From Chrysomallon squamiferum (Eukaryota > Animalia > Mollusca): DNA of 64,000 bases. Within the stretch, counting starts at the first letter, position 1; each line of letters starts with the position of its first letter. The stretch covers positions 8,556,001-8,620,000 of the forward strand of contig CM022666.1 of the NCBI GenBank assembly GCA_012295275.1, in the 5' to 3' direction. The position numbers and the translations under genes are program-made. Shown piece after piece: positions 1 through 13,778 of the stretch. The notes below the pieces were generated by a model that saw only the letters and a list, made by a program, of their open reading frames with translations, ran no database searches and had not been told where the DNA came from.

Positions 1-1579
1 AAAACCCAAACTGGTGCAGATTCTGTAATTCTTTGTCACCTTTGTCCAGCCACTTTTAAGAGTCATTTGTTCTTTGAGAAACATTTGCAAGAACACAGCA
101 AAAGGACAGATCCTGAGATTAATCCTGAAAACAAGCAGGAAATTGATAAATCATCTCATCTTCTCAAGTGTAAGAAATGTGATATGAATTTTAGAACTGA
201 CGATGAACTGAGAAAACACGTATCTCAAATACATGGTTCAGAATCTGGACCAAATTGTGATATCTGTTGTAATACTTTCAGCTCTTCAAACAAACTAGAA
301 TTGCACAGGTCTGAAGAACACGAAGGACGGATTCCTTTCCACTGTCCTTTCTGCATACTTGGCTATAAGGACAAACTCAACCTGTACAGACATATAGGTC
401 GTGTTCATTTAGATGTTTTGCCACACAAATGTCCCAAATGTTTGAAGTTATTTGACAGGCTTACATCTTTAGAACATCACGTTAAAAAAAACTCACAAGG
501 ATGAGTTGGAAAGCTTTTTGCTGGAACTCAAAAAACAAGCTCATGAGCTTCTGGAGTGTCCTTACTGTTCTGAAGTGTTCAAGAGTGGACATCCACTTGT
601 CCAGCATATTCTGGATGTCCATCAGGATTCCTTTCCTTTTCAGTGTTTCAAATGCAGTTTGCGGTTTCTTGAAAAAAGGCTTTTGCAGAATCATTTGGTT
701 CATGCCCACAGAATTGTGTCATCAGAGACCAGCCATTCTTCACTGAGGACTAAATATGTGAAAGACACAAAGACAACAGCTGAAACTCAGCATAGTAGGC
801 AAGAAAAAGTAATAAAGTCTATTGAGGATCTGCCAGTAGAGGCACAGAATGCAGTCAGAGATCTTCAAGAACGTGGAAAATCGGCTGTGGTTATTGTTAA
901 TTTTCATACTGAAAAAAGCAAGTCAGCTGTTTGCCATAGTCCAAGAAAAGCAGCAGAGAAAACAAGTGTTACAAATTTGGCAACAAAAACATCAGCAGTG
1001 CAGGCAGACATTGGTGTAACAGAATCCCCTTGTGTATCCAATCAATTTGGCAAGATTTTTGAGATTTACACTGATGCACAATGTGAGACACAGATGTTAA
1101 ATCTCCTTAGCAACCAAGCTGAAGTTGCAGCCACTGCAATGAAATACGTTACTATTGGTGACATTGGTTCACTTCCTTCAGAGGTCCAACATGTCAGTTA
1201 CCCAGGATTATCTGTTGGAGTTAATGCTAATATTCCTGCATGTCCAGCTGCTTTTGGTGACAGAAGTACAGACACAATGACATCATCAACTGGTTTGAGT
1301 TACTATGAGCCAGTGACTACTGCTGTAGAAGACAGCTCTTCTTACATAGAAGAGTATGTTTATGGAGTACAGCCAACTGAAGTTGTTGAGGAGATTGTTG
1401 ATGACTCCGGAGCTGAGACAAGTGGGATTGACAATTATGAGGAGGTGATCACTATACCAGTCTCAGAATTAGCAGCCAGCTCTGCTTGCCAGACTAGACA
1501 AGCTGAGATTTTATCAGGGTCGGAGACAATCTCTGCAGCAGATTTTATAAAGTTAATTGGTGAAGCAAATCTAAAGTGA
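1..1579 (+). CDS. C2H2 zinc-finger protein, 3' part (open at the window start); 7 fingers followed by a Ser/Thr/acidic tail; apparent +1 frameshift in A8 at 484-491
   Basis: Frame 1 is open from base 1 (KTQTGADSVILCHLCPATFKSHLFFEKHLQEH). Fingers CKKC..H..H, CDIC, CPFC and CPKC lie in ORF 67-504; CPYC and CFKC lie in ORF 506-1579. Removing one A from gttAAAAAAAActcac gives HHVKKTHKDELESF, which completes finger 5 and joins the two ORFs. Confidence 0.9.
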
Positions 1580-3592
1580 TTTATAATCGTGGAGAAAGTA
1601 ACAGTGCTATTATGAATATAGAAAAGGTGACACACACATATGCACATGCTTTAATTCAGGGACACAGATATAAAGACTGAAAGATATAAAAACAGATGTT
1701 TAGTCACACACACACACACACACTTTATATATATATAATGTTCAACAAAAAGATTTGTATATGCAAATTTACTATTAATTACATAATGAAAGTATGAAAT
1801 GGTAGATTAAAAATGTTGATAATAATAAAGAAGCAAAAATGTTTTTAGATTTGTGTTTGTGAGTATTAATTATTACATTAAATTTTGCATAACATTTAAA
1901 CAATTTTCGTATGCAAAACAAAAATAAAAATAAATAAATAAATAAATAAAATAAACATTAAAGCACTAATAGGAAAGCTGGTTGGCACGGAAGGAACTGA
2001 ACTAATAATAAATAAAAGAAAAATCGGACAACAAAACAAAGCATCTATTTAAGTCTAATTAAAATGATTATTCCACTGCTAAAGTGGACACTCGTACCGA
2101 TTTGGATTTGTTTTCTCCAAAATAAATAATTTTATTGTACGACAGCTTTATAGCATGTTTTTAAAGATGGCGTCACAAGAGCCTGCCAACTGCAATCGCC
2201 AGACCGTGCGAGTTCAAATCATCTGGTACATGCTTTTGATAATTCAAACATTCACATTATTCCATGCATATTTGTGTTTTATAAACACATTAGGTCGAAA
2301 AGATAGTGCGGCTGGCACAAATCGGAGCACCATTTGTGTTTCAAACACTATATTTTGTTAACATAAATATTTTTAAAGCTTATTGTGAGTTTTATGATGT
2401 GTGAAATAAGTTTTTGTTTACATTCATCAATGAACTCAATGTATTTGCAAATGTATTTTAGGAGAAAGCTGTGATGCTTGCTATGGCATCGTACGTTTTG
2501 GGTACTGGTTGGCTATGAATAAAAATAGGAAATATGTTTTAAAAAAAATGAACTAAATTGTTTGTAATTTGTGTCTCTGTGATGAGAGTACACCTGCATC
2601 GAGGGGACACTTTTGCTTGGCCACATTGGTGTCCGTACAAGACAGGTACCACTGTAATTCTAAACGGTGGATTCTTATTACTTATACATTCACGATCATG
2701 TATGTAAGTGATTACTTTTGTTTTGTTTCTTTTTTTCTTTTTTCTTTCTTTCTTTCTTTTTTTAAATTTTACATGATCAAAACACATTTACAATAGTGAC
2801 TTACTAACACCACTCATCAACTTGCTCTGCTCTGTAGCTGTCCAATTAAGCACTGGTGTGCAAAGCACTCGAAGTATAAGGCCTAGTACCGAGAAACATA
2901 AGAAAGGAAGAAATTTTGAATATGTAAACAGATGAAATAAAATAAACAATTTATTCGATTTAATTATAAATCAACCAAATTTATTAAGTTCTTTTCTCTG
3001 ACTGGACGTTCGTGGCCACCGTCCCTTCGCCCCCCTCTACACGCCACTGTCTCTAGCTATGACTAATGGGCAAAAAGCTAGCATAGTACAGTGTGAAGTT
3101 TAAGAAAGCACGTACCCAAGAAATTCGGATTCTGAGAAAAAAAACAAAAAATAAAACTGATTCAGTAAATCGATCCCTTAATTCTCATTTGCTATGTATA
3201 ATTTATATTTATTACTGAAGTATACAGACTTGTTATATATAGTTAACACAAATCTGTCACCCTCTCATGTACATACGCAAAACGTATTTTATGTCAGTTC
3301 CATTTGATGTAGGATTCTCATAATTATTGTATTTTAACATTCCAAACCGACATATACTACAACGACAACAACAAATTAATAATAATGATAATAATAATAA
3401 ATGAAAAAATAAATAAATAAACAAGAGCAAAAAATTAAATCATTCTTACGAAAACATTAATTACACATAAACCGGAAACGCTTCATGACGTAAACGGATG
3501 ACGGCTATTTCTCTATATCTAAATTAGTTACTAGTAAGTCGTTTTATATGTTAATCGTAAATATTTATAAACTTTGATTATGTGCATATATA

Positions 3593-3651
<59 letters not shown>

Positions 3652-4078
3652 TTATGATAAGGACACAACTTGTGTTTAAATTTTAATAAAGGCTTTTGGA
3701 TCAGTATAAAATATTGTTTGTATTTAGTTCGAGCCATCTTCATGTTGATGTAATTTCCGAAATTCAGTCAACTGATCCTTATTTGTAACCACATGGTAGA
3801 AAAACTAATTCATTAATAAATCAAGTAAAAACATACCACCCCAGAGTGTTAAAATTATATGCTATTTGGGTGAATTTAAAAAATAAATAAATAAATAACT
3901 GATATTATTCTAACTTCTAAGTATACCTGAAATAAAATTGATCGTATGTATTTGAAAATATCGTATTTGGAACCTAATTCAACAAAGTAACATATGAAAT
4001 AAAATGAACGTACTTTAAATTTAAAATAATAATTGTAACATTTTATTTCCAGTTTCTAAATTCAGAGGAAATCGAAAC

Positions 4079-7000
4079 ATGAGAACTATACAGATAGCAT
4101 TGTTTATACAAGAATTCCTGTTAGTTTGTGGTTTGTATAACAAATGAATCAGTTTATTTATTTATTTTTTTAAACATTATTTACTTTTATCACTTTGGGT
4201 TTTTCCACATTAATATGAAACGATAAAAACCTAAATGGATTGCAAGTTAATGTTACATAATAACAGATAAAAAAAAAAAATAAATAAATAAATAAATAAA
4301 GCCCAGAAAAGACCCCAGTAAGATGCATTATGATATTTAAAAAGAAACAAATTAAATTAAAAAAAAAAAAAAAAAAAAAGAATGTTACAGACTTTAAAAA
4401 ATAAATAAAAGAATATAAAACAATAATAAAAAAATAAGATCCATTCTAAAAAAAGAAGAAATATTCTAGATAATAAATATATTAATTAATTAGTACTAAT
4501 CATAAATTAGAAAATAAAGAAATCTACGTACTTTAATTAAAAATAAATAATAATAATTCGTGTACAGCTTCATAAAACAACAAAACAACAAAAAACAACC
4601 TACTAAATAATAATAATAAAAATAAAACAATAAATAAATAAAGTAATAACAATAAATAAATAAATAAATAAATAAATAAACAAACACAATAAAATAAATA
4701 AATTCATTAAATACATATATATTTTAGGTTCAGGAGAATGGGGTGAATGGATAACTGTGAACATGACAACATGTTCAGTAACCTGCAAGCAGCAAGTTTG
4801 GAAAATTCGCTACTGTGAACGTAAAGGTGTTGGTGATCCAAGAGGCAACTGTGCAGGTGACAACAGAAGAGTTGAAATAAAAAACTGCATTGGAGAAAAA
4901 TGTAATTTAGGTAACTATCTGACAAATATTTGTGATTTTTAGATCAAGCTAGCAAACAATTGTGATTTTAATTAAATCTGATAAATAAGTAATTTTAGAT
5001 AAATGTTACAAATAATTGTGATTTTAAATTAATTTAATAAATAATTGTGATTTTAAATTTAACAAATTGAGATTTTAAATTAATATGACAAATAATTGTG
5101 ATTTTAGATAAATTTTACATATGACTGATTTTGTATAATTTGAGAAATAATTGTAGTTTTAGATAAATCTGACAAATAATAGACATTTTTTGAATCTTAC
5201 AATAAACTGATTTTATATAAATCTGACAAACAGTTGTCATTTTAAATTAATTTGATAATAATTGTGCATTTAGATTTATTTGACAAATATTGTGATTTCA
5301 AATAAATCTGAGAATTAATTGTCATTTTAGATAAATATGACAAATAATTGTGTTTTTAGACAAATTTCACACATAAATTGTGATTTTAGATAAATTGGAC
5401 TACTACTGTTACTACTATTCCTACTGACACTATTAAATTGCTACAACTTCTATGGCTGTTACACCTACTATGAATACTGAAAATTGTTTATAAAATACAT
5501 ATTTAAGTTAATATTACTTTATCAAATATTTAAAATAAAAGAAAAAATCACAGACACCATAGTGGAACCAATATTTTTTTCTGTTAAATAATAAAAAATC
5601 ATAATTCACAACTTGCTTTTTTAAATATTGTAGATATGTTGGAAAACAACCATCGTTATTGGCATAGATCTGAACAATACAGTAAGAACATTTTAAAAAA
5701 TGTATAAAATTTTCCTAGTTTTGTCAAAATTACAAAATTAACACAATCAAATAAGAGAGAAACACTTAAGTTGAACTTTGCATAAGTGAAACCTTTTTTA
5801 ATTTTGTTATCCAAGCTGCTCTCTAAAGAACTTGTTTCATAATTAATGGGTGAGTCAGCTGTGTTTTCTTTGTGTCAAACTCTGATAAATTGAAGTTCAG
5901 CAATGTCTTTTCAACTGTTGAATTCTTCAGTGTTCCTAATTAGCTGCCATCCAGCTACTGTCTTTGCTGAATACAACCTATGGGTAGGTGCTTGTAGAAG
6001 GTTTTTCCTTTTGCTAATGTCTGTAGGCAGTTTAGTTTTGATTTATTATATATTTAAATGTTTTGTCATGATAGAAAGTTACCAAAATCAACTCCCTCTG
6101 TGGACTGACCCTTAATTCGCACCCCACCCATCTGCTGACTCATTCTTTCTAGTATTAGATAGAGACCCTCCTTCATTTCCTTGTAGGAGAAAGTTAGTTA
6201 TGTTTTATAACAATTATTTATTTACATATTTATTTATTTATGTTTTTGTTTTTTGCAGATATCTTGAATTCAGGATATTGCTTTTTACATCACTCATTTG
6301 TTTTTTCACTTAAGTTATAAATGTATACACATATATATATATTGAAAATTTCAATGTAAAAATTAAATGTTACAGTTAAACTTTATCATAAATGTCAGAA
6401 TTTCAGTGACGTCAAAACAAATTATTACAATGGTAAATATTAATAATAAAAATAAATTTAGATTATTTTAATTTCTGCACAGTCACCTTTCTTCCTGAAA
6501 CAATCATTAACTTGGTTCACAAGTTTCAGAGATTTCATGGATTTTATTTATTTGTTTGTTTCTTTGTCTGTTTATTCAGTCATTTGTTAATTCATTTATT
6601 TATTTACTTATTTGTTTGTTTGTTTACTAACATTTATTTATTATTTTTATATCTGTAAAGAGTTGGGCAAAATATGTTAAATATTTAAGTCTTTATAAAT
6701 ATTATTTTACCTGAGAAATTAAATTATTTATGCCTTAGAATGTTTCATTTATTTTATTTATTTTCAGGTGAAGAAGAATTACAGGCAGCATCTGCAATTT
6801 CTGATGGTATTATTAAAATAAACATTAATAATAAGTTTTCATTTATTACCAACTGAAACAAAAGCATTACCTCCTTGGCAAATTCTAACCCTCTGAAAAA
6901 CAAAAAACTAAATACAGGCAAAACAAAACTTATATCTAAAGAAGTCCCATTTATATTTTAATAATTTTAAAATAAAATGTTTATCACCGATTTGGTCAGT

Positions 7001-7879
7001 GGAGTTTTTTATTGTAGATGTCATTGTTATCAAAAATTATATATGACACATAATTAGTGTTAGTCTTTTCACTACTGAGTTCAGTAACAATTTTTGAAAT
7101 ATTTTATCTATAGTAGATCATACTCCACGTTGAACTGGACTGTGATACATGAGATATTCTCTAATACTCATAAATCTCAGGATACCTTGACTGCCTGAAA
7201 AATCAATATCAGCAATGTTCCTCATTATGCATGATTAACAAATGAGGCATAAAATGCACATAAAATGCACATTTTTGCAAATGGTGTCACAATGACACAC
7301 AACTTTTCATTCACGTGTACCACTGCCAAACAAGAAGTTTGCCCATCTGATTGAGAATGACCCTAAAAAATTACAAAATGACCCCCCCCCCCGAATTTGG
7401 GAAGGGTCATTGTGAGTCTTGGTATCCAAGCCTACAGGAAAATAAAATGTACTGAGGTTTAATTAAATCATATGTTTATTTATTCATTTATTAGTTCATG
7501 TGTTTATTCATTAAATTTTTATGTTTAATCATTTATATATGTATTTATATGCTTTTTGTTTGTTTATTTATTATTTTATTTATATGTTTGTTTTTTATTT
7601 ATTTATTCATTAATATGTTTGTTTTTTATTTATTTACATGTTTATTTATTTATATGTATATATATTTCTTTTTTTTTTTTTTTCTTTCTTTCTTTCTTTC
7701 TTTGTGTATTTATGTCATTAACTAATAATTTTATTCATTCATCTGTTCATCATGAACTGGTTTGTGTCTGTTATCCATTTTCAGCTTCAAACATTGGCCT
7801 GCATTCTGGAATTGCTTCAGGAGTTGCGGTTGTCAGCATCACTGGACTTGCTTCTGTAACAGTCGTGGCTTGTGTTTAA
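4079..7879 (+). CDS. Locus A: small secretory-pathway protein (signal peptide, TSP1-like domain, short linker exons, hydrophobic TM segment); possibly decaying
   Basis: GT-AG exons joined in phase 1: 4079-4130 (MRTIQIALFIQEFLLVC), 4734-4910 (TSP1-like), 5634-5681 (DMLENNHRYWHRSEQY), 6768-6806 (EEELQAASAISD), 7785-7879 (ASNIGLHSGIASGVAVVSITGLASVTVVACV*). A candidate tail exon lies at about 9037-9144. Confidence 0.7.
4734..4910 (+). CDS. Thrombospondin type-1 repeat (TSR/TSP1)-like exon of locus A
   Basis: GEWGEWITVNMTTCSVTCKQQVWKIRYCERKGVGDPRGNCAGDNRRVEIKNCIGEKCNL carries WxxW, CSVTC, RYC and six Cys. The exon is 177 nt with a ttcag acceptor (an in-frame alternative acceptor ends at 4727) and a gtaact donor. 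Confidence 0.85.
4920..5400. repeat. Degenerate ~29-bp intronic minisatellite (consensus near AATAATTGTGATTTTAGATAAATCTGACA); duplicated at about 14070-14550
   Basis: Repeated ttgtgatttt...aaat.tgaca units directly after the TSP1 exon in both A and A'. Confidence 0.75.
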
Positions 7880-8258
7880 TTAATTTTAACAAAGGAAAAT
7901 ACAAACACTTCCAAAGTAATAATAATAAGAAAAGAAAACTAAATAAATAAATGGATTAATTAAAATTGGAAAAAAAAACATAAACACAAATATGACAGTC
8001 ATGACTTAATTAAGATAAAAATTAAAATAAATAAAATAAATAATTTTAAAAAATCTGTTAAAGATTGCAGCTTTGATCAAATAGCATTGAAATATTTAAT
8101 TAAGAAAAAGATAAAAATTATTTTAAAAAACCACCTGAAAAAACAACAAAACAAAGCAAAACAACCCCCACCCATATTAATAGGAAGAAAAAGTAAATAA
8201 TAATTAAAAAATATATATAAAAAACTCATATGTATTAATATTTACATGTATCAGATAA

Positions 8259-8322
<64 letters not shown>

Positions 8323-9036
8323 ATTAAGAAAAAATAGTAGAAAAAGAATAATATGAAACAGCATATTAAATAAATAAACAAATAAATACATAAATCAATT
8401 CAAAAAAAAATAATAATAAAAAATTAAAATCACTATCAAGTAAGTAGAAACAAAAAATTTAATTAAGAATAATAAAGCAACGGAACAACAAAACCTAATA
8501 TCAAAAAGATGAAGAAGAAAGAAACAACAAAAATAATAAAATAAAATAAATATAAATATAAGAAAACAACAACAGCAACAAAAACATATACCAAAACATA
8601 TCTGGTGAAAAACAAAATGAAACCATCCACAGAGTTACAATGTTAATTCCTGGTCTGGGTCCACCACAGAAAACTTTGTGTATGATACTGCATTGTTTTC
8701 AATAATAAAAATTACTGTTGTTTGTTATTCTTTTTATTATTACCTCATCATCATCGTTACTGTTAAAGTTTTAATGATAACACATAATCCATCACTAATT
8801 CATATCTTAAAGAAATACAATTTTGATCTTTTGATAATCAAATATTATCTACCTCTTTAAATTTAGCTGTGATTAATTAACTGATTAGCCATCTTCTGCT
8901 TATTATTATTATAATAACAATTACTACTACTACTACTACTGCTGCTGCTCCTGCTCATAGTATTTCTATTATTATTTACTATCATCATCTTCATCATCCT
9001 TATTATTATCATTATTATTTTTTAAATGTGGTTAAG

Positions 9037-9144
9037 GGAAGACATGAAAAAGGTGATAAAAAAGTGGTCAGAACTGAGAAGAATATGAAGAAAATTGATA
9101 CTGTTGATGCGGACAATCCTGTTGTTAAAAACTATTCATCATAA
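9037..9144 (+). CDS. Candidate cytoplasmic-tail exon of locus A (GRHEKGDKKVVRTEKNMKKIDTVDADNPVVKNYSS*)
   Basis: Lys-rich open frame containing a DNP motif like the locus D tail (KKKDVEGHDNPAASETKD*), followed by AATAAA. The acceptor is ambiguous and the exon is not in frame with the TM exon as assembled. Confidence 0.4.
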   Translation, partial: GRHEKGDKKVVRTEKNMKKIDTVDADNPVVKNYSS

Positions 9145-9461
9145 ATTCAATAATAAAATAAAAGATTTGAAGTATATACATCTAATTTTATTTCTTCCTG
9201 GCAGGGAAGGACCCAAAATAACTTCAGCAACTCTTAGCTTCAAAAGCACGTATGTAATTAAAGACATTAAAGGCTAAAAATGAGGTAACAGACATAGATA
9301 ACAAATGAACTATTCAGAATTAGAGACGTATTACATTTTTCAGAAAATCACTTGAGTTCAAAGAAGTTTGTGCATATATTTGCATAATGTGTGATAGTTT
9401 TTCATAAATATTAAGATGCAACAGATGGACTATTATGTAGTGCTTTTATTTATTTATTTAG

Positions 9462-9529
<68 letters not shown>

Positions 9530-9619
9530 AATCAAATGCAACAACAGTTACATTTTATATTTATTAGTGAAGTATACAGATTTGTTGTATATAGTAACAC
9601 AAATCTCTGTCACCCTCTC

Positions 9620-12060
9620 TAGTCTGGGAGCAGAGAGGGTTGCCCCTGCATTGTTGTATTAAGTTGTTTTCTTACTGTTGATTTAGGTAGCCAAGGGTCT
9701 CTATTTTCAGAAACTGCTTGATGACATGTTGTCACCCTTGAGCAATTTGAGAAATTAAGATGGCATCCAAGATCGCCGCCAATACATATAAATGACCATA
9801 ACTCCCTAGCTGTTCACCCTAGGAAGGTGATTTTTGTCTCCTAACTTAGGTTTTAGGGGTCAAGCTATCTCTTAGAACTATGTATTATGTTAATATCGTA
9901 TTACATAATGGTAATTTCCAAGATGGCCGCAGTAACACTAAAACTGGCATATCTCCTTAACTATTTGCTCCAAATTAGTCGCGAAGATATCTATCACTGG
10001 GTATTACACACATCTATCTGTATCAGATCAAAGTTCATATACTGATGATGTCATCTAGAAAACGAAGATGGCTGCCAGTTAAGCACTGGTATATCTTCTA
10101 TACTATTCAATCTTGGGAAAATATGAAAATCTGAATTCTCACAGACTACCAAAAGCATATTATACAATTCATATTTAAGAATGACTACCGCTTCACCAAA
10201 TAATTTACACTGTTATACATTGTTTGCCCATAAACTATGATGTCGGGTTACAGCAACCCTGATTATAACAAAATATTGTGCATTTCGTGTTTGCAGAGCG
10301 GCAACTACAAGCACGTGAACTGCATGGAGTAGTACTGTGACATCCACATTCTAATAGACGTAGTACCATCTCTGGGACTAGTTCAACTTCATTAGGGAGG
10401 GTGACTGGTTGAAGGGACTTGTTTTGGTTATCCTTTACCCAACCATATTCCGTTCAGTCCAACTCGGGTGGATTCTGCGTTTCCAGTGACTGCCATATCA
10501 AAGCCTGATGATGAGCTCTTTTAACATGTTCTTTGAATGCCTCAGTTGTTGGTGGTAAGGAACACAACTTCGGTATTGATGACCCTTTACCTTTGTTTAA
10601 CAGCCATACCTTTAACCTTTCTCTACAGTTTGTTTGTCCATAGCACGCGGAAATGAAGGAGGTAGCCTGTTGAATAACAGATTCCAATAAATAAAGAGAG
10701 TGCCCCGATCGCAGTGTTTTCAGTACAGTGGTCTTTCCAGTTCCAAAATAGGAGGCAACACTTTTGTGCTGTAATCATGGTATCTGTCAAATATCATGTC
10801 CTCGACCCGTAACCTTTTTCCTATGGTATATTTGAAGTTCGCTATTTAATCCTTGTCAGACCCATCAGCAGACTAAGGAACTACCCAGAGTATTGCTGAG
10901 TCATCGAACACACTAACATTTGCACCACCAGCAACTCTATCACACACCTCAACTTGGAGAATGTTCTTCAAGGTAGGTTTCGATTTCGCAATCCTCTTAT
11001 CTCCAGTATCATCAAATGTGGACGTTGGAACTGGCACAAGTTCATGAACACGCACGTCCTTAATGTCAATGTCCCGCCCACTAGCCTGTAGGCCAATCAC
11101 CCTTGAGTAAATCAAATTGGTATCAAATACTTTCACAGCTCTGACCTTCACATGCTTTCTTACATGATCCATAGTAACAACCTACTTCGTGATGGTTTCA
11201 TCAAAAATCCCAACGACTTTCGAAACCTTTCATTTGTTCAGTCCCGATTGGGACTACATTGACTAAACCGTTCAGGTGTGCCGCAGAATCTAAAGGATTA
11301 ATGCAAGTGTCGAGTTTGTGTCTGATTCCATCTCGGTTTTTCTTGTCTTTGACGATCCTGGCTTTTGCCTCTTCTTTGTGTGTTGTCACCACCTTGCTTT
11401 GAGTGTCCTCATCCTTCATGTCATTCAGACCAGATTCCAACCTGCTGGATGCATGCAGACCAAGGGCCCATACCTTCAGCGTTCCTGGCTTAAGCATGAT
11501 GCCAACTATCCACCCAGGAGCATACACATATCGCATGAAGGTCGTCTCAATCATCATATCTCTCCAGATGCCATTCCATAAGCCAGCAGAATGGTGCATA
11601 ACATGCTCACCCTTCAAGAAGTGTGACAACACCTCTTGTGGTAGCCGTTCCATCTCACGAAGGTAGCACAACCCATATCTCGCATAGTTCACATGCCTGA
11701 AGAAATTTCGCCATTTAATGCGTACAAACGACCCCTAAATGTTCTTTTCTACTGATTCTGATAGGAGGAACATTGACAACTACTAAAGTTAATACATTAA
11801 TCTTATTCCGAATTATAATTTCAGTTTATTGTGCACGCATTTACACAAAAATAATCCAGTTTGAAAACTTTGATTAAGTTGAAAAATTAGTTAGAAAAAG
11901 CGCGTGTCATCATGGTTTGGTAATATGAACAACCATCTTTACCTTTATCATTGTAAATCATAAAATGGTTCTGAAAAATGGACGCAAAATAATTTAATTT
12001 GGAAGTTTAAAAATGTCCTTGAGCTCACGGAAAGTTCCTATCGAAATCCAAGATGGCAGC
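9620..12060 (-). mobile_element. Decayed DNA transposon: NYARY-motif transposase-like region, H3TH-like nuclease remnant and C-terminal tesmin/TSO1-like CXC domain; coding remnant about 10235-11700; ends approximate
   Basis: Minus-strand fragments NYARYGLCYLREMERLP..GEHVMHH..WNGIWRDMMIETTFMRY, ELVPVPTSTFDDTGDKRIAKSK, VASYFGTGKTTVLKTL, LPPTTEAFKEHVKRAHHQALIW and CGCHSTTPCSSRACSCRSANTKCTIFC. Intronless, broken by stops and frameshifts, higher GC than the flanks, with AAGATGGC subterminal motifs. Confidence 0.8.
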
Positions 12061-12809
12061 GTCGAACGACGATTAGTGTTTACAAACGTTTAAATACGTA
12101 TGCCTTCATAATGCAATCAATTAAACGTAATTTTGAGAAATGTGTCATTTAATTAATGCCTCGTATACATGGATGTCTATTGTTGAGTAGAAATTGCTGC
12201 AAAGGTCGAAACCGTTTGTTTGTTGTTGTTTTTTTGTTTTTTCTGGTAACTTTGACGTCATATCATCTCGTACACGTTTCGTACTATATATTTTTCTCAG
12301 ATATTATTACGACGTCGCCAGCCAAAAATTTAAAAAATAATAAAATAAAAATAAAATAAAATAAAATAAATAATTTTCACAGACACTGGCGCGTGAATAT
12401 GAAGATGACGATTCTCATTAGGTACCATAATGTGGACACGTTACTCTGCTAAAACTCTATAGCAGACAGTTGTGAGTACGTAGTTGTTAAAGCCATACTT
12501 GAAACCATTATAATTCTTTTTCATATATATTTATTTCAATTTTCAATGCATTAGAGTCGTATTTACATGTAAAAAGCAAATTGATCACGTGTTATGTGAA
12601 CGATTGCCTTGATTCAGTTTTACAAAAGAAAATTTAAAAAATAATAATTAAAGGTCAGTCAACCGGCCTTATACATTTTTTTTAATTAAAAAATTAAATT
12701 TTTACTTTGTTTCGTTAAAACAAAAAGCATTCAACTTCTAAAACATGTACTATTATGTATGCAAACAAGGGGTTTCCTATTTTTATTTTTAAAAATCATC
12801 GGTCCATGC

Positions 12810-13730
12810 TACTTTTGGATCAATATAAAATATTGTTTATATCAATTTGCACCATCTACATGTTGATGTACTCTCTAAAATCGATAGGCAACTGACCCTT
12901 ATTTGTAACCACATGGTATGAAAACTAATACATACATCAATTAAAAACATACCATCCCAGAGAATTAACGTTATACGCTATTTGGGTGAATTTTTAATAA
13001 TAACTTGTTCTAACTTCTAAGTATACCTGATATAAAGTTGATTGTATGTATTTGAAAATGTATTTGGAACCCAATTCAACAAAGTAATATATGATATTAT
13101 ATTAAAATTAATTTAAATTTTAAACAGCAGCAATAATAATTGTAACATTTTATTTCCAGTTTCTAAATTCAGAGGAAATCGAAACATGAGAACTATACAG
13201 ATAGTGTTGTTTATACAAGAATTCCTGTTTGTTTGTGGTTTGTATAACAAATGAATCAGTTTATTTATTTATTTTTTTAAACATTATTTACTTTTATCAC
13301 TTTGGGTTTTCCGCATTAATTTGAAACGATAAAGACCTAAACGGAATGCAAGTTAGTGTTACATAATACCAGGAAAAAAAAAAAAAAAAAAAAAGTCAAG
13401 GAAAGACTCCAGTAAGATACATTATGATATTTAAAAAGAAAGAAAGAAACCAAAAAATTAAATATAGAAAAAAAAAATAGAAGAAAAAAGAAATGTTACA
13501 GACTTTAAAAAATACATGAAAGAATATAAAATATATAATAAAAAAATAAGATCCATTCTTAAAAAAAGAGAGACATATACTAGATAATAAATATATTAAT
13601 TAATTAGTACTAATCACAAATTAGAAAATAAGGAAATCTATGTACTTTAATTAAAAATAAATAATAATAATTCCTGTTCAGCTTCAAAAAAAACAACCCC
13701 AAAACCCCCCAAAAAACCTAAAACCCACTA

Positions 13731-13778
<48 letters not shown>

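Noticed and set aside
2155-2530. Possible gene start (AAGATGGCG, MASQEPANCNRQTVRVQII) with nearby splice-like sites
   Set aside because: No consistent spliced frame or recognisable protein could be built; may be a repeat remnant.
4707-4925. Minus-strand ORFs over the TSP1 exons (also 13860-14078)
   Set aside because: Antisense shadows of the + strand exon, which has the domain signature and splice sites.
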